Source: a virus. From it: a stretch of DNA of 42,237 nucleotides. The position numbers and the translations under genes were made by a program. The stretch is from IMG/VR virus record IMGVR_UViG_3300037467_000907, positions 1 to 42,237 of that record; one strand, written 5' to 3'. Of this stretch, positions 42,226 through 42,237 are shown piece by piece. Each line of letters opens with the position of its first letter. Position 1 is the stretch's first letter. The notes below the pieces were generated by a model that did no database searches, had not been told where the DNA came from, and saw only the letters and a program-made list of their open reading frames with translations.

Positions 42226-42237
42226 ATAAATGAGGGG
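42111..42237. repeat. Terminal overlap, identical to 1-127
   Basis: Exact identity, read directly. Confidence 0.95.

Overview
The window is a complete, circularly closed temperate phage genome. Bases 1-127 are identical to 42111-42237, so the unique length is 42110 bp. The overlap falls inside the baseplate-spike CDS, so it is an assembly circularisation overlap and not a biological terminal repeat.

Organisation is lambdoid, with a contractile-tail virion module.
- Plus strand, 19.4-42.2 kb and continuing at 0-7 kb: cro, cII, O-type replication gene with internal iterons, RuvC-like resolvase, Q-like gene with a PR'-type promoter and terminator, small and large terminase, portal, head morphogenesis, scaffold, capsid, connectors, sheath, tube, frameshifted chaperone, tape measure, baseplate, fibres, holin, endolysin.
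- Minus strand, 7-19.3 kb: an AT-rich three-gene moron, umuD-umuC, an SRAP peptidase, a P4-type integrase, an attP-like region, excisionase, an early PL-type operon (Rad52-like annealing protein and others) and a CI-type S24 repressor.

Composition and the umuD operator suggest an Acinetobacter-like host. That is inference.

Signals most worth follow-up:
1. The uncharacterised counter-oriented cassette at 7077-8885: a 73-aa protein, a 2TM protein and a SEC-C-motif protein, with a duplicated palindrome upstream.
2. The ~0.8 kb non-coding stretch between umuD and the SRAP gene. It holds two perfect DnaA boxes, a 14-bp-stem hairpin and a strong-SD 28-aa amphipathic peptide ORF.
3. An SOS-style umuDC-SRAP cassette with a TTGAA-N11-TTCAA operator.
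4. Mirrored TACC-N5-GGTA operator sets at PL and PR.
5. A Q/PR'/tR' unit, plus about ten hairpin/T-run/SD modules punctuating the late operon.

All functional calls rest on motifs read by eye from the ORF translations and on gene order. No database search was possible. I saw no tRNA, rRNA or CRISPR array.
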